This document shows, piece after piece, positions 36,260 to 49,832 of a stretch of 64,000 bases of DNA. The DNA is from Spongospora subterranea f. sp. subterranea (lineage: Eukaryota). The translations under genes and the position numbers were made by a program. The stretch covers positions 62,001 through 126,000 of the forward strand of contig JAUGWO010000049.1 of NCBI GenBank assembly GCA_049724395.1, in the 5' to 3' direction. The notes under the pieces were generated by a model. It saw nothing but the letters and a program-made list of their open reading frames with translations, had not been told where the DNA came from and ran no database searches. The number at the start of each line of letters is the position of its first letter. Position 1 is the first letter of the stretch.

Positions 36260-39200
36260 TTATTGGTTTATGGGAATGCGCTTAATTCTCGAACAGTTGT
36301 TCGTATCTTTGAAAACACGCCAATAAAACTCGGCGTTGTCGCGCTTCCGAAGAAGCTCTACGAAGTGCTCATCATGGGTTATCAAGATCAGTTGAAAGTT
36401 TTCGTGTCCCTTTCGGCGATCAATCAGCATATTCAAAGCATCGGCAAGCGCCCGAATATTGGCCTCATCCAAGTTCTGCACCAGAGCTCAAAAATGAGCA
36501 ATCACATAATACGAGACCGGCGGACCTGAGTGGGGGCTCGTCAAGCGCTAAAATTCCGCATCGAACACAGAATGTCTCGGAAAGTGCCTAGACTCAATCA
36601 AATGAATGGAATATCAGCGATGGAGCATTGTGGCTCTGACAAGTCTGATTAACAGTGATGCCAAAACACGTTGGCCGGCACTGGATCTACCTCTCATATC
36701 CAATTCAGTATCGCCCTGATTGATTGCATCAGTAAACAAATATCTTCTGGAAAGCGTAAAAATACCTGGACCATGGTTAACCGATAGCTGTACTGCTTCT
36801 TCTGCCTTGCAGCGCCAAGGTCGTTAGCGCCTTCAGCGTGATCTGCCCTTATGGCAATAGTATCTATGTCCTTACCCTGATAAGTACATTGCCACAGTTC
36901 TTTCAATACGTCATTGATTTCTCTACACGATTAAGTTATCATTTAACAGATAAGGCATACATACCAACCAACCGCATCTTGATAGAATGATATTCCATCA
37001 GTGACCTATCCAGCGCGCGATAATATAGGTCCAAATCAGCAACAAGCAACTTAGTTGTTTCCAGGTCCACAATGGCATCACGATGTTTGGTTCTCACATT
37101 CCGATACTTCTCTTCAGCTAAAAACGTGCTGCGCGAAGAAAGTTGAGCAAAAATCGCTGAATGTTCTCCTTCGCACCCCGCTGCGATCTTTTCGCTCTCC
37201 ATTAGAGCCGAATGGGCCTTGTCTGATTCTATCTGAACGACTGACAACGGCCGATGGCTCTTTTTCAAATCCTGTAAAAAGTTACGAAACAAGCTGACTT
37301 GTGCATCTCGCTTATCGACACGTTGGCGATATTCAATGTTGTCTTTAAGGCCGTGGCGATCAGCCTCAAATGTCGCGATTGCTTGTCTTTGTTGATTGAG
37401 CATGGTTTGTAAATCTCGTAGTGCCTGTCGAGCCGTTTGATCCTGGTGTTTAAGAGTGCTAACCAAATCCGTCGTATCCTGTATATTACTTAATTCGTCA
37501 GAGATCTGGCAAATCTCGCTACGCATGCCTAGAATCAAGCGATGCTGATCAATGATTTTGGTTAATTCGCTTTTGCGAGATCGAAGTGTTGCAGCAGCCT
37601 TTTGACTGATTTGCTGAAGGTTTGACCCGATTTTTTCTATGTCTTTTTGTATCGGAAGTTGTTGTTCTTGAAGCGCAAGCAAAGCCTCCTGAGATTTGGT
37701 ATGCCGCTCCTTATTACTAAAGAGTGACTGCTCCAGTTGAACAAGTTTTGCCTCGATCTGCGAGGATCGAAATCCTTGCTCACGGCAGCTTTGAACTGAA
37801 TCCTGACATGATCGTAGCACCTGATCGTCTAAAACAGCTTGATTACGTAGAGAGTCAAGTTCTTTCGTTAATTTCATCGATTGTGATTGCAATCTCTCAT
37901 ATTCTGCTCGAACTTCGTCGGCATCCGCATTTCCCAAATTCGAACACCGCCCTTCTGCTACCTCAAGGTCTTCCTTGGCTTTAGAATGATTACGTTTTGC
38001 GTCCTCGATCACGTCTAGAAACGCGATAAACTCGGAATACTGCTTGGATGCTTTCTCACATTCCAACCTGCTATCACGAAGACGAGCAAAATCTCTTGAA
38101 CACTCGCTGTAGAGCGTTTTCACATCGGCCAATTCTCGACTGATGGATGGAACCTCAATGTTCGCGACTCGGTCAGATTCTGTCAAAATGACTCGAAGAT
38201 GTTCCAGTTTTTGAAGCTGTTGCTTAACTAGATGAAGAGAACGCTGCGTTTGCGCTGTTTCTTCGGGAGACTGCAAAATCTTGACTCGTTCAGCGTTACG
38301 AACGACGAAATGTGTCAACTCTTGCGATGTAAACGGTCTATCACAAAGACCGCAAGAGTGGGAAGCCGATGTAGACTTGGCATGCTCAGCTTCAGCACCC
38401 CAATCAGCAAATAATCGCGCATACTGGTCGGAATTCCTATTTGGACGAAAAATTCAAATTTCGGCAAACAAATAGGAATTACCCAAGAAATTACCTAATG
38501 CTATGATCTAGACGATCTCGTTCAGACTGACGCGCGAGAATTACTTCGTGAAGTTTTTCCAAAGTAGAGATTTTATAAGAAGAGGCCTGTTCTTGCAACG
38601 TGAAAATGCGTTCCTGGGCAGAGTTTACTAAGCAATGTTAAGTCAAAACGTATCAAGAATCTGATATCGATCGATACTGACGCTGATCCGTGATAGTTTG
38701 TCGGCGACCGCAAAGCGTCGAAAGTTCAATTTGTTTAGAATTCTCAAAATCAACAGCGTTGGACAGCGATTTTTGAGCAGTATATGCCAGACCTTTAACA
38801 GTATCGATGGCTGCCATTGTATCTTTTGGACAAGATGACCCAAGAATATTCGCCATCTAAACTTGTATTAGGGGATCCCAAAAACTATATGTTTGAAAAA
38901 AACCCACCATGGATGCAAGAATAAGATACTGCTCATCCAATTTGGAATGGGCTTGTTCAAATAGCTTTCTTTGAACGTCGACGACTCTGCGAGATTCTTC
39001 AGACGCTTGCAAGCTGCGCATCTTCGTTGACACAGTCGTCAAATGATCAGAATTCGCCATTAACTGTCGCTGTAAACCCTCGATCTAAAGAAAAGACAGA
39101 CAGAACTTCAACAAAAAAAACATCTTCCCAGCCAGATTATGACATACTTTGAGTTCGATACTACTTTGCTGCATTTTGGATATATGCTCGCTTAGTTGCT

Positions 39201-41075
39201 GCTCTGCTAATACTGTTTTTTCTTTCAAAGGAAGTAATTGAGCTTGTTGTCGCTGAGTAACGGTCAAATCCACATCTAGAGTAGCAATTTGTTCCTGAAA
39301 ATCGACTATTAAGCAGACAGGATGTGGTAACTAAATGAAAATACCTTGTATAGCGCGATTTGCCTCGTTTCAACCTGCTCTAACTGCATCAATTGCAAAA
39401 GTTGTTCTTTAAGCGAATTTAGTTGCTGTTGATTAGAATTAATCTGAGTCTGCGTTGTTGCATCATATTGTTCAAGCTCATGTTCCTTGAAAGATATTTG
39501 CTTTGCAACGGCTGCAACAAATTCTTCAGAAATTTGAGGTGATGTACTTTCCGATATTTGCGGATCAATGGATAATAAATTGGCTAGAGTAAACGTCATT
39601 TTTTCATTGGCCTTAGAAAATGTGAATAAATGTAAATCGTGGTCAAATTGTTATCTTACCGACACTTTGGCGGCCAGCTGCTCTTGAAGTACTTCCACAC
39701 GTCCAGCGCTTTTGATGGCGTCTTGATAACGAGTAGACATTTCTTCCTGCCCAAAGGAGAATGATGAGCATTTGCAACCCTTATTGCCTCACATGCCAAA
39801 GACTACTTCATTACGAATAGCTTGAGCATAATCTTTCTCAAGCAGAGAAAGCTTAGATCCACGCTTACTCAGCTGCTGGTCAAATTGCTCAAGGCGCGAA
39901 ATGAGTTCTTCAGTTGGTTCAGTATACTCCTGTAAAAATAATTTGATGAGGAAAATGATACACTCAAAATGGGGCTGCATTAACCTGATGCAGCTTCATC
40001 CTCGCTTGCACCACTTCTCCTTCCATTATCTCAGCGTCGTGCCGCAGGGCTGCAAGTCGGGTTTCCATGTTAGTAACCTGTAATGATTGCTGAGGTGTCG
40101 ATTGAGTTTTCACAAAAATGCTGTACCTCTTGCAATTCGCAAGTTAATCTGGACACCTGTAAAGACTGAATCTGTTTTTGCTGCTTCGCATCTTCCCTGA
40201 GATATAGTACGTAAACGAAACGTGGGGAAAACAAAACAATATTTCACCATTTCGATAACAGCGCCTCCAGTGATTTTGAAAGTTGCATTTTGTCGGACTC
40301 AACTTTTTGAACTGTTTCTAAATTGTTACTTACTACGTCTAGGTCTCGCTGCAAATCTTTGCACTTGGCCTGCTGTTCGCTGCGGAATTTCTTGATACTT
40401 TCAAGGGCGCGGGTATATTTTGTAGCCGCGAATATATCGTCAAACCGTTTTTTCAAAGATTTGTCGTCACTTAGCGGCCAATCAGAATCAAGCTGATGAC
40501 AAAATATCACGTTTTCGAGTATCGGCGGAGAGACTCCCATTAACTGTGTCATTAGTTCCTCCATACGAGCGCATTTATACGAAACAGTTTTCTGGCTTCC
40601 TATAACCTTGGTCAATTTCAAACAGCGTTCATTCAAACCGTATGGTACCCTCATCATTGACCGTCGATAACACTGAATCGATAAGTTTGAATGTTCGTCT
40701 GCCTTTTTGGGCTGTAACTTGGAAACTCTTGACAGCAATTACATTTTTTTCAGAACTAGTTTTGAAAGCTAACTTAATTTGGCCTTTCACAATCGGTTCC
40801 CCACAAGCATCGGGATCATGTACGAAACTTTTCCCCTTATCCGACAGAGGGGGAAATTCACCAGAGCATAGATATTTCAAGCATTCAATAATTGACGTTT
40901 TCCCAGATCCATTTGCTCCTGTTGATATGCATACGTCAAACAATCATCACTGTCGATCATTGTTCGCTCGTATACCGACTATGATCGTTAGCGGATGTTG
41001 AAACTTGATAATGGATTCTTCATCCGGAGCATAAGAGCGCACACCTCGAATAGATAACTTGTGCAGCGTTGTCAT
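36260..41075 (-). CDS. RAD50: DNA repair protein RAD50, multi-exon
   Basis: MTTLHKLSIRGVRSY, Walker A GANGSGKTSIIECLKY, VIFCHQ..SDWPL, zinc hook CGLC near 38350, signature SAGQRVLASL, ALDEP..NLD and QLILITHDE. Confidence 0.97.
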
Positions 41076-41324
41076 GAGTGGGTAGCTGTATTACTACAGT
41101 CTACGATACAACTGGATCTGCAACGGGTAACGACACCGGATAACAGAGACAGCCAGGTCTGCGTTACTGCAGTACCTGCTGCGACATTGATCCGTGGCAG
41201 GGTGGTCTTCTTTGGCTGGAAATACACCGGCGTTTCTCTCATTCGCGTTTCTACAGCTTGCTGGATAATTCGCGGCCACAAGTATTTTCCAAGCGTTGTT
41301 ACAATGTGCAAATCTGGGTAAAAT

Positions 41325-43193
41325 TTATAAACGACTATAAAAAAGTAGGTATGCTTCTTGGCTAAGGACATTTTGTAATGTTGTTGGAGAACAATGTGAA
41401 TCGCTATAGTACATCCATTGTTGACCTGTAGAATCGGTAGCTTTTCTAATGTACGAGACATAGTGTCCACCACCCAATGAACCCATGTGAACTACACATG
41501 CGTACAGACCGAATCGATTCGCATTGCCATCGGTTTCTTGCATGAAACGACTTATGTCCAGTTCCAGAGGAAACTACAAAATCAGTATGTTAACGGCTGC
41601 GATGAAGAACAACCGAAACAGAAAATACCTTGACATGTTTGCAATGTTTAACTAGCCGCCTCCCTTCTCCATTAAATCGTTTCAAGTGCAGAACGAGGAC
41701 GGAGGGAGCTTTCTTGATGCTATATTGCTTGCTGCATACGCTCCTCGTTTTACATTTACTGCAATCATATGCATTACCGCCGAGAAGAATTTCGGGAGTA
41801 AAGAAAGCTGTCAAACATTCCGAAATAGAGCAATCGCCCTTCAAATGCTCCATAGCAGACATATATTCTTTATCGATCCTTGTCAGCTGCTCTAATTCTG
41901 AAGCGCGAGATGAAATTGATAATTTGACCAAGACATCTGTCACTGCATCGATTCTGACATCCACAAGGTTCGGCTCCGAAATCGAGCGCCTTATCGGTCG
42001 ACTAGAAGGTTGCTGAACAGGCGGTAAAATGGGGCAAAGATAAATCGTAGCAAGGCTCTGACGTGTCGGAAACCTCATGGCAATGCAAACACGTTATCTG
42101 AGATTGAAGAAACCCACCGAATGTGTCGTCGACGAGGCAGTCGATTGGAGAGTCGATCGAAAACCTGGAGAGCGCAAAAGGCGATAGTCCTTTCCTCAGC
42201 CTAAGAATGGATTCTTTGTATGCAGATTGTTGCGTTTTCGTCATCAACGGGAGCAGAAAGTTTTCGTGAGGGTTTTGCAAAACGGACAGAATATCTGACG
42301 AATTCGCATCAGCCAATGCAGCATCCAGATCAGGGACTGAATCGAGCAGAAATGATCTGACAGTTGGAGCCGACCACGATTTCCATGACGACTTCATCAA
42401 GGAGCGGCGTTCGTCGAGAAATTCTTCATGAAGGGATGCAACAAGACATCTCAGCAGTTCGTGGGAGTCCTGCTGCTGACGACCTTGGAAAGTTCGATGG
42501 CGACGAGAGACTTGATCAAGAAAAGCGCCAGGATTTACAGCATCCGAAGACGAAGATTGAAGATTTCTCAACAGTGCTCGAAGTTCCTGATGCATTGGAC
42601 GATCTCCAGATTCCGGGTTTTTGGAAAAATACTCCTGAACTGGCCTATGAAAAGAATTAGAAAAAAAAGAGCATGTACACTATGTTTTGTAGCAAATACT
42701 TAGATGCACTGATAGCTTGCATTAGCGATGCAAGAAAACATGTGTTGCCTATATTTTTTATGCCTCGAGCGCGGTCACTGGATTCGCTAGATTCGACAAT
42801 TTTCAGATTGCTTGCTGACTTTGCCGTCCTCAACGAGCCCTTGGGCTTATGGCTGGATAAGAATTTTGACAGTTTGTCGAATATTTTCTTGGGTTTCAAT
42901 GCGACCGTTTCATACGAAAGCTCAACATCACACTGATAACACCATAAGACCGATTCCGCAACAGAAAGCGATATGCAGTGATCTGATTCCCTAAAATGTT
43001 CCTCGGCGTGATTTTGATCCTGATGTCCACATCCAACGTTGCCGCATTCCATGCATATCCATATGCGTTCCGATGAACACTTTTGGCAAACCGTGCTGTG
43101 TTCTGCCGCGTTCTTGATCTTCTTGGAAAGTTTCAACGAACCTTTGAGATGCGGACATCTTTGCACTACAGCGGGTTTGTCTACTCTTCCCAT
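41325..43193 (-). CDS. Ubiquitin-specific protease with zf-UBP domain (USP16/45-like)
   Basis: zf-UBP WICMECGNVGC...HAEEH...WCYQCD; Cys box GIKNIGNTCF; QQDSHELL; LVLHLKRF; His box VVHMGSLGGGHYVSY. Confidence 0.93.
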
Positions 43194-43894
43194 ATCATTA
43201 GGAAAATTCCGATCGATAATTCTGGTCAAAATCCGGCCTGGATTTATAGCGGCAGACCGGCAGCTGGCGAATATCTGGTCTCTCCGACCACGACCCAGTA
43301 CTGTACCGACACAGACTCTGTACGTACAGACTGCGGGCGGACTCCGACGACACCTTCAGCTCACGAATCTGTGGGCAATATAAACAACAATCCTTCATTG
43401 GACGACGTGTCGAGCTCGTGAAGATATGGCCACGAGGAGGTTCTCTATCAGCTTGACGGTTTTGTACGGGTCTATTTTTTTGTCATGTATGTTTGTTATA
43501 TACATTGGGTATATCTAACCCAATGCAGCCTAAAAGCATGTTTCCACTCGCCAGAACAACTGTTATCTTGATCGCTGTTTACAAGCAAGCTACAATTCTG
43601 CAATTAAATAAACTGTCGCAAGAATGCAAATCGCAAACGGTTATTATATTTTCAAGTTAGCCAGTGTAGCTTCGTGCTTGATTTCATAACTGTAAAACAA
43701 CAACAGCATAATTAGTCGTCAATAAGCAAAACTTTGAAATCCTATTAGACTTAGAGGAGTGACTATCTAGAACCAGCTCAATTTATTTGAGGACAGATTT
43801 TTTTTTGACCCTCAAAGGTTCTAAGGCGTCCGTCCGCAAAACCGAGTCTGGAAAATCTCTATCGTGTCTCCGCATTCCTGTTCTTATTGCGCCA

Positions 43895-46293
43895 ATGTCT
43901 GTTACAATGATTGAGCCGATGGATGTGGAGGATGAAGTGGTGGACAAGGGCGAGATCGGGGATCTCGACCCCATCTGGATCGTCAGGACGACAGGAGAGA
44001 TGTTCAAAACCTACCAGGATTACATCCATCGGATTGCTCAGCTGCGCCGCCCCGTGTTTGATTGCACAGCGACAGGACGAAGCGGACTCCGTTTCGAAGA
44101 AACCCTGTTGGGAAATCGACTGATTGAGGAGCAATTGGGAAGTTTTCCCACTGAATGCTCTGCATTGTTGCTATCGCATACACACCACAGCACTGAGAAA
44201 CTTAGAGATCTTGTCAATGTCGCCTTCAAGCTTCTTGGAGGTGCTGTATCCAGACAAATTATAAGATTGAAGATAAAGCAGAGTACTTCGAGGCCCAATT
44301 TTTCTGGTGCGCCCTGGATTGTACATGATGAGCTCATCAAAGAACACGGAATCGAAGCCAAACCCTTGCCTGCTGATCTTCAAGTGATGCCACTGCATGT
44401 GCTTTGAATCAATTGCTGAGAGTTGGTTCAGGAAATAGTGTCGGCATGGAAGACTGGCAAACCGTTTCGCCGAAGGTTGACTGGTGTGTCCTCTTCTGCC
44501 CCTGCTGCTGTGTTGGAAGATGCTTCAGACAAATTCCCGATCGAAGATACTAAGATTCCAGGCTACGACAATGCAAGGCCGCCTAACCTAGTGAATGTTC
44601 CAAAATGGACGGTAGACCCATCATTAAGTATCAATTTTTATTGCGTTCAAGTTTTTATGTTGACATGATTTGCAGCAATATTTCAAGACCTTTTTTCGAG
44701 CTGGACTTTCTTACGAAGATTCGCGAACGATGTTTTATTGTCTCCATTCTCATTTGAGCAATGGTTGGCTGCCATATTTCAGCCAGAAAGTTCAAGAATT
44801 TTCCTTGAGGTCTGGTTTAGTTTCGGCGGTTGTAAGAGTGTAGACTCTAACTACTTTTCAACTAGGTTTCAGAAACAATGGTCCATTTAATTGTAACTGG
44901 AGAACCTCCCATAGAACCGGATGGGGAAATCGATGTTGATCAAGTGCGTTCACAAGTAATTTCGCAATCACTAATGTTGTATGACCTTTTTCTTTGCCTA
45001 TTCAGCTTGTCCAGATAATGGAACAATATAATGAAGAAATGAGTGAATTGATGGGATCTACACTTCGGCATATGGACGTTATTTCCGGCATTGACTCTGT
45101 AAAGGTGTTATTCTCAGTTCGGCCTGAGATCAGGTTAGACTCGCTATTATAGTATGAATCGAGGTCATGATTGATTCTCGAAGGGCCTTTATTTTAAGAA
45201 CTCTTTGTGATCGTGCCTTATCAACGGATCGGATAAGGCAAACGATTGACACAGACGTCGCTAATCGACAAGAAATGAAACAATCTCATAGAGCACAAAT
45301 CGCAGACGAAAAAAAAAGTCTGAAAAATCAGCGGGGCTGTAATTAAGCAGGTATGTTAAAATGGCTTCACCATTGTCGGATCCTAATTTTGTGTCTAGGA
45401 AAAAGCATCATTGGCTCTTGGAAAGACTATCAATTATGTCGAACAGTTTAAGCTCAATAGTGTTTCTGATGACGTAATTTCTCTTGAAATTGTTGGTGTT
45501 AGTGTAAATAATTTTATTTTGTTTCAAGAGTTCCGCCCCAAAATCGCGTCAGAAGTTCATCGCCGAGCAAAAACAACTGAAAGCCGCTCAAGATGAGCAG
45601 CGCGCCCACGAGATGGAGCAGATTAAGGTACACTAGCGTATGCCCCACCGGGTTTTCGCCGACAAAAGACGTTACAGGCAGAATCCCGTATTAGGTTCCT
45701 CGAGACCAAGTATGAGAGCTCGTTGAAGGTATGATTGTCGTCTGTCATCATTTTCAAAGATTGATGTTTAGTTTAGGACTGTGGACGCAACATCGAATCA
45801 TCCTTCTTCTTGTCACTGCTGCGGACACAAGTTCGTTGCGCTCCATTAGGGCTTGACAGGTATAAGAATGAGTATTTTTGGATTCCTGAAGCTCAGGTAC
45901 ATCTCTCTTGATCCACCGCATATGAGGGATTTGATTGTCGGTGTTTTAGGGAATAATGTTTGTTGCAAGACCAGGGGAAGGCATTTGGGGTTTTTATGAT
46001 TCCCCAAGCCAGATTGAAGATTTATTCGAGTTTTTGAATGATAAAGGAAAGAGAGAAGCCGCCTTTCGCGAAAAACTCAAAATAATGAAACCACACATTG
46101 TTGAAGAGCTTCAGTATGAATTTGATCAAAAAGTAATTTCGTCTCTGCCCGTTTGGATCTGTGTGATTGACGTCACAATTCGCAGTCATCGCCAGCTGCG
46201 TCTCATCCGGTGAAGCGCAAGACTCGTGCGAAAAAGGACGACGACGAGGAAGATGGTGCCTGGACAAACAAATACAGGAGGATGTCACAATGA
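43895..46293 (+). CDS. ISWI-complex subunit ACF1/Itc1-like (WAC, DDT and WHIM/WSD domains), multi-exon
   Basis: WAC motif TGEMFKTYQDY...FDCTATGRSGLRFEE; DDT-like WTFLRRF...LSPFSFEQ; PLGLDRYKNEYFW and WGFYDSPSQIEDLFEFLNDKGKRE. Confidence 0.88.
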
Positions 46294-46881
46294 TATATAT
46301 TCATGATTCGATATCGACAAATTTCAGATTTAATAAAGACATTTGATTTGATGTTTTCCTTGCCTATTTAATTTACAGTTCTCGCAAGCATTAACTGTTT
46401 CCAAAATCCCATTTACCATAGTTGGTGACGAATGTTATGGATAAACCATAATGTAAATACTGGAGCCAATGGCTTGCTCGCAATGGATGACGATGAACTC
46501 AATTTAATCGTGCACAATGGCCCATGATTTTTCGGATTGGTTCAACAAAAGTGGGGAGCGACCATTGCATTCCCGCTCAGTTCAAATAAATATTCTGGTA
46601 GAATTCGACGCAGTCGCCAACGATCTTTCGTTCGAATAAATTGGTGTCATCATTCCGTGGGTGGATCCCCAATGAGCTTCGACCTGAAATGGGAGGTTCC
46701 AGCGAACTTTGATGTCGCAAATCAGCTTTCTTACTAACTCTTCGCGTCGTGACCCATGTCGAATCGCTGGAGGAATACAGTGCAGCTTTCTCATTAATTT
46801 AAAGCGAAGCGCTTCATTGACAGCAACCCTGGTATTGTTCGGGGGTCGGTAATAGTGTGAGACCAAGCTCTGTTAGCACAG

Positions 46882-46966
46882 CGTAACACACATCAGTTGC
46901 GGTTCGAGTTCCACTGCGCCGCAACGTAACACACATCAGTTGCGGTTCGAGTTTCACTGCGCCGCA
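46882..46966. repeat. 43-bp direct tandem duplication
   Basis: cgtaacacacatcagttgcggttcgagtt(c/t)cactgcgccgca occurs twice. Confidence 0.9.
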
Positions 46967-47542
46967 TGATCTTCCATAAATCAAACAGATGCTGGTCCCT
47001 ATCCTGACGCGTTCGTCGATGCTGAGAACCAGTAAAGGCAGATGCGGCATTGACACATGTCCTGGTCAATGTCAGGAAGAAACTGTTGATCATGAGAACC
47101 AAACATGACTGACCTTAGGCCTTTTACTGAATTCAGTCGTCGTCAGCACTGAGTCACCCAACATTCATAGCCCATCTCTTGACCAGTGGCATTTTCCCTT
47201 CCCTCATCTGTGGTCATATTCTTCCCATCTTCAGCCAAATTCACCCCATCTCTCGCCATAATCCCCCATTTCCCCCGGCTGTTGACCCCACATCCATGGA
47301 GATATGTCTCTCATCTCTAGCCATTATCCCCCACTTTTTGGCTGATTACCCCACATCCATAAAGATATTTCTGTCATATTTCGCCATATTCCGCTTACCC
47401 CACATCCATTAGAGTCGAACGCCCAGGTGTTCGACTCTATACCCTCAATAGACAGGTCTGTCCATACAGTGCCCTATGCTGTCATTACTGGTCATTATCA
47501 ATTACTCTGATATTGGTTCGCAACAATTTTCAATCCTCAATT

Positions 47543-49832
47543 ATGAAAACTACATCACACAATATTATCGGGGTCTTCGCGCTATATTTGATGTGTGTGG
47601 TTGAATCTGGACGCACTCCTGCGAAGTGTAATCAATATTCCCCAAATAATCCTACATTGTATCACGGCCGCATCGATGAGTAAGAACCCAATTCCATCGA
47701 CGATTTATCATAGAGAGTAATGATTGGTTTTTCAGAATTGGTGGATCGGTCGAAAATGTAATTCCCATTTGGATGATTCAAAGAAATCTCAACGAGTTAA
47801 CCTGAACATTAGTGCCTTGGAGAGGAGTCAGAGGATGGATCGTGTGGTCCTGACAATGATGGATCATTTTGCCCAATTGGCTCGTGCTGTAGCAAAGAGG
47901 GCTGGTAATAATGGCATGAACAGGGTCATCATAGATATCGTTATGAATACATTATTTCAGGTGCGGTACCACTGAAGAACACTGTAATCAGGAGTCGGTT
48001 TGCCCTCGATTCGACCCACAGTTTTATGTTGAGTCTAAAGGAGCCTGTAAAGCCCGATACTACGATGTTGTTGATGCTTGGGTCGGGGGTTCTAGCTCCA
48101 ATGTATTGTACTTGAAAGACCACTCTCTTGGTCGATATCCTCTTATTACGATATGATAGTGTAATGGTGAACAACAACCAGGTGGCAAGTGTGGGCCACA
48201 CAATAGCAATGGTCGGTGCCGGCCTGGAGAATGCTGCAGTGTTCATGGATTGTAAGTTTCATGTTTAGTTGAAAGTGAAATTGATTTATTTGCGAATTGA
48301 CCCATTCGTCTTGACAGCTGCGGGACGTCAAAAGACTATTGTTCAATCGCATCGCAATGTCCTCCAAAATCAAAACCCGGTGATGTTGGTGGATCGTCGA
48401 TGAATGTAATTTTGCATTTGGTGTAAACGAAAAGAGTCCAATATGTTAACCTGACTATCAGTGCCTTGGAGAGTTTGCAGTGGATGGAAGGTGTGGTCCC
48501 AAGCATCATGGATCATTTTGTCCAGTTGGAGCTTGCTGTAGCAAAGAGGGATGGTAATCTTAACGTGGATAGTCTCATAGTATATATCATTTATGAAATA
48601 TAATATTTCAGGTGCGGAACCACTGATAAACACTGTAATAAGCAGACGGTGTGCCCTGCGTTCAACCCTGCGACATATGTTAAGTTGAGAGGTGCTCGTA
48701 AAGCTCAATTTTACGATGTTGTTGCTGCTTGGGTCGGGGGTTCTCGCGCCAATGTATTGTGCTACTGAGAAGACCCTCGTATTTGATATCCCTTATAATG
48801 TGACATTATAGTGTAATGGTAAACGACAACCGGAAGGGAAGTGTGGCCCAAACCATAACAATGGTCGTTGCACGGATGGAGAATGCTGCAGTGTTCATGG
48901 ATAGTAAGTTCTTAGAGTAATATTATTGTCAAGTATATGGTTGACCATCTAACTTGACAGCTGTGGGACGTCAAAAGATTATTGCTCGATTGCATCACGA
49001 TGCCCGCCTAAAGCAGAATTCGGCGGTTTTGGTGGATCGGCCCGCAATGTATTTCCCGTTGTACTCATTAGGAGTCCACCATGTTGACCTGAATATTAGT
49101 GCCTGGGAGAGCCCTCAGTTCATGGCACTTGTGGTCCCATGCATCATGGAACATTTTGCCCTGTTGGATACTGCTGTAGCAAATATGGATGGTAATATTG
49201 ACATGATCGTTCTCATCAAAATATCGTCTGAAAACAGTATTTCAGGTGCGGCAACAGCGATGAACACTGCAATGAGGAGTCGGCTTGCCCTCCATTCGAC
49301 CCAGCGAAATATTTCGAGTTGGGAGGAGCTCGTAAAGCTCAATATTTTGATGTCGTAAAAGCTTGGGTCGGGGGTTCTGTAGAAAATGTAATTTCCATTA
49401 TGAGAAACCTAACGTTTAATACTTTTCTCAATTTTAATGTTTAGTGTAGCGGGAAACCGCAACCGGATGGGAAGTGTGGTCCAAATAATAACAATGGTCG
49501 TTGCCAGCCCGGAGAATGCTGCAGTGCTTATGGATTGTAAGTACAAAGTAAAATTATTGTCAGTGAATGACTGGCCGTTCATTTTGACAGCTGCGGAAAG
49601 TCAAACGATTATTGCTCAATCGCGTCGCAATGCCCACCTGAATCAAAGATTGGTGGTGGGTCTCTTAAGAAACAGCAAGATGGAAAGTGTGGTGTTAGTC
49701 GTGTTAAACATGAGTTCGGGCGCTGTGAATCAGGAGAGTGTTGCAGTATACATGAATAGTATTTGTTTATTCGTTGACAGTTGCAAGCCCTTCATTCGAC
49801 GCGGCAACGCCTTCTGTTCAGCAATAATTTGA
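47543..49832 (+). CDS. Secreted tandem hevein-like/CBM18 protein: signal peptide, (A-B)x3 and a terminal domain (7 domains, about 15 exons)
   Basis: Manual splicing: exons 47543-47679, 47736-47757, 47813-47904, 47961-48102, 48160-48251, 48318-48405, and so on. Gives MKTTSHNIIGVFALYLMCVVES..., [78 protein letters not shown] and finally CCSIHEYCKPFIRRGNAFCSAII*. Confidence 0.92.

Noticed and set aside
46890..46966. tRNA gene (GGTTCGAGT resembles a T-loop)
   Set aside because: No T-stem pairing, D-arm or anticodon arm; it is only a short tandem duplication.
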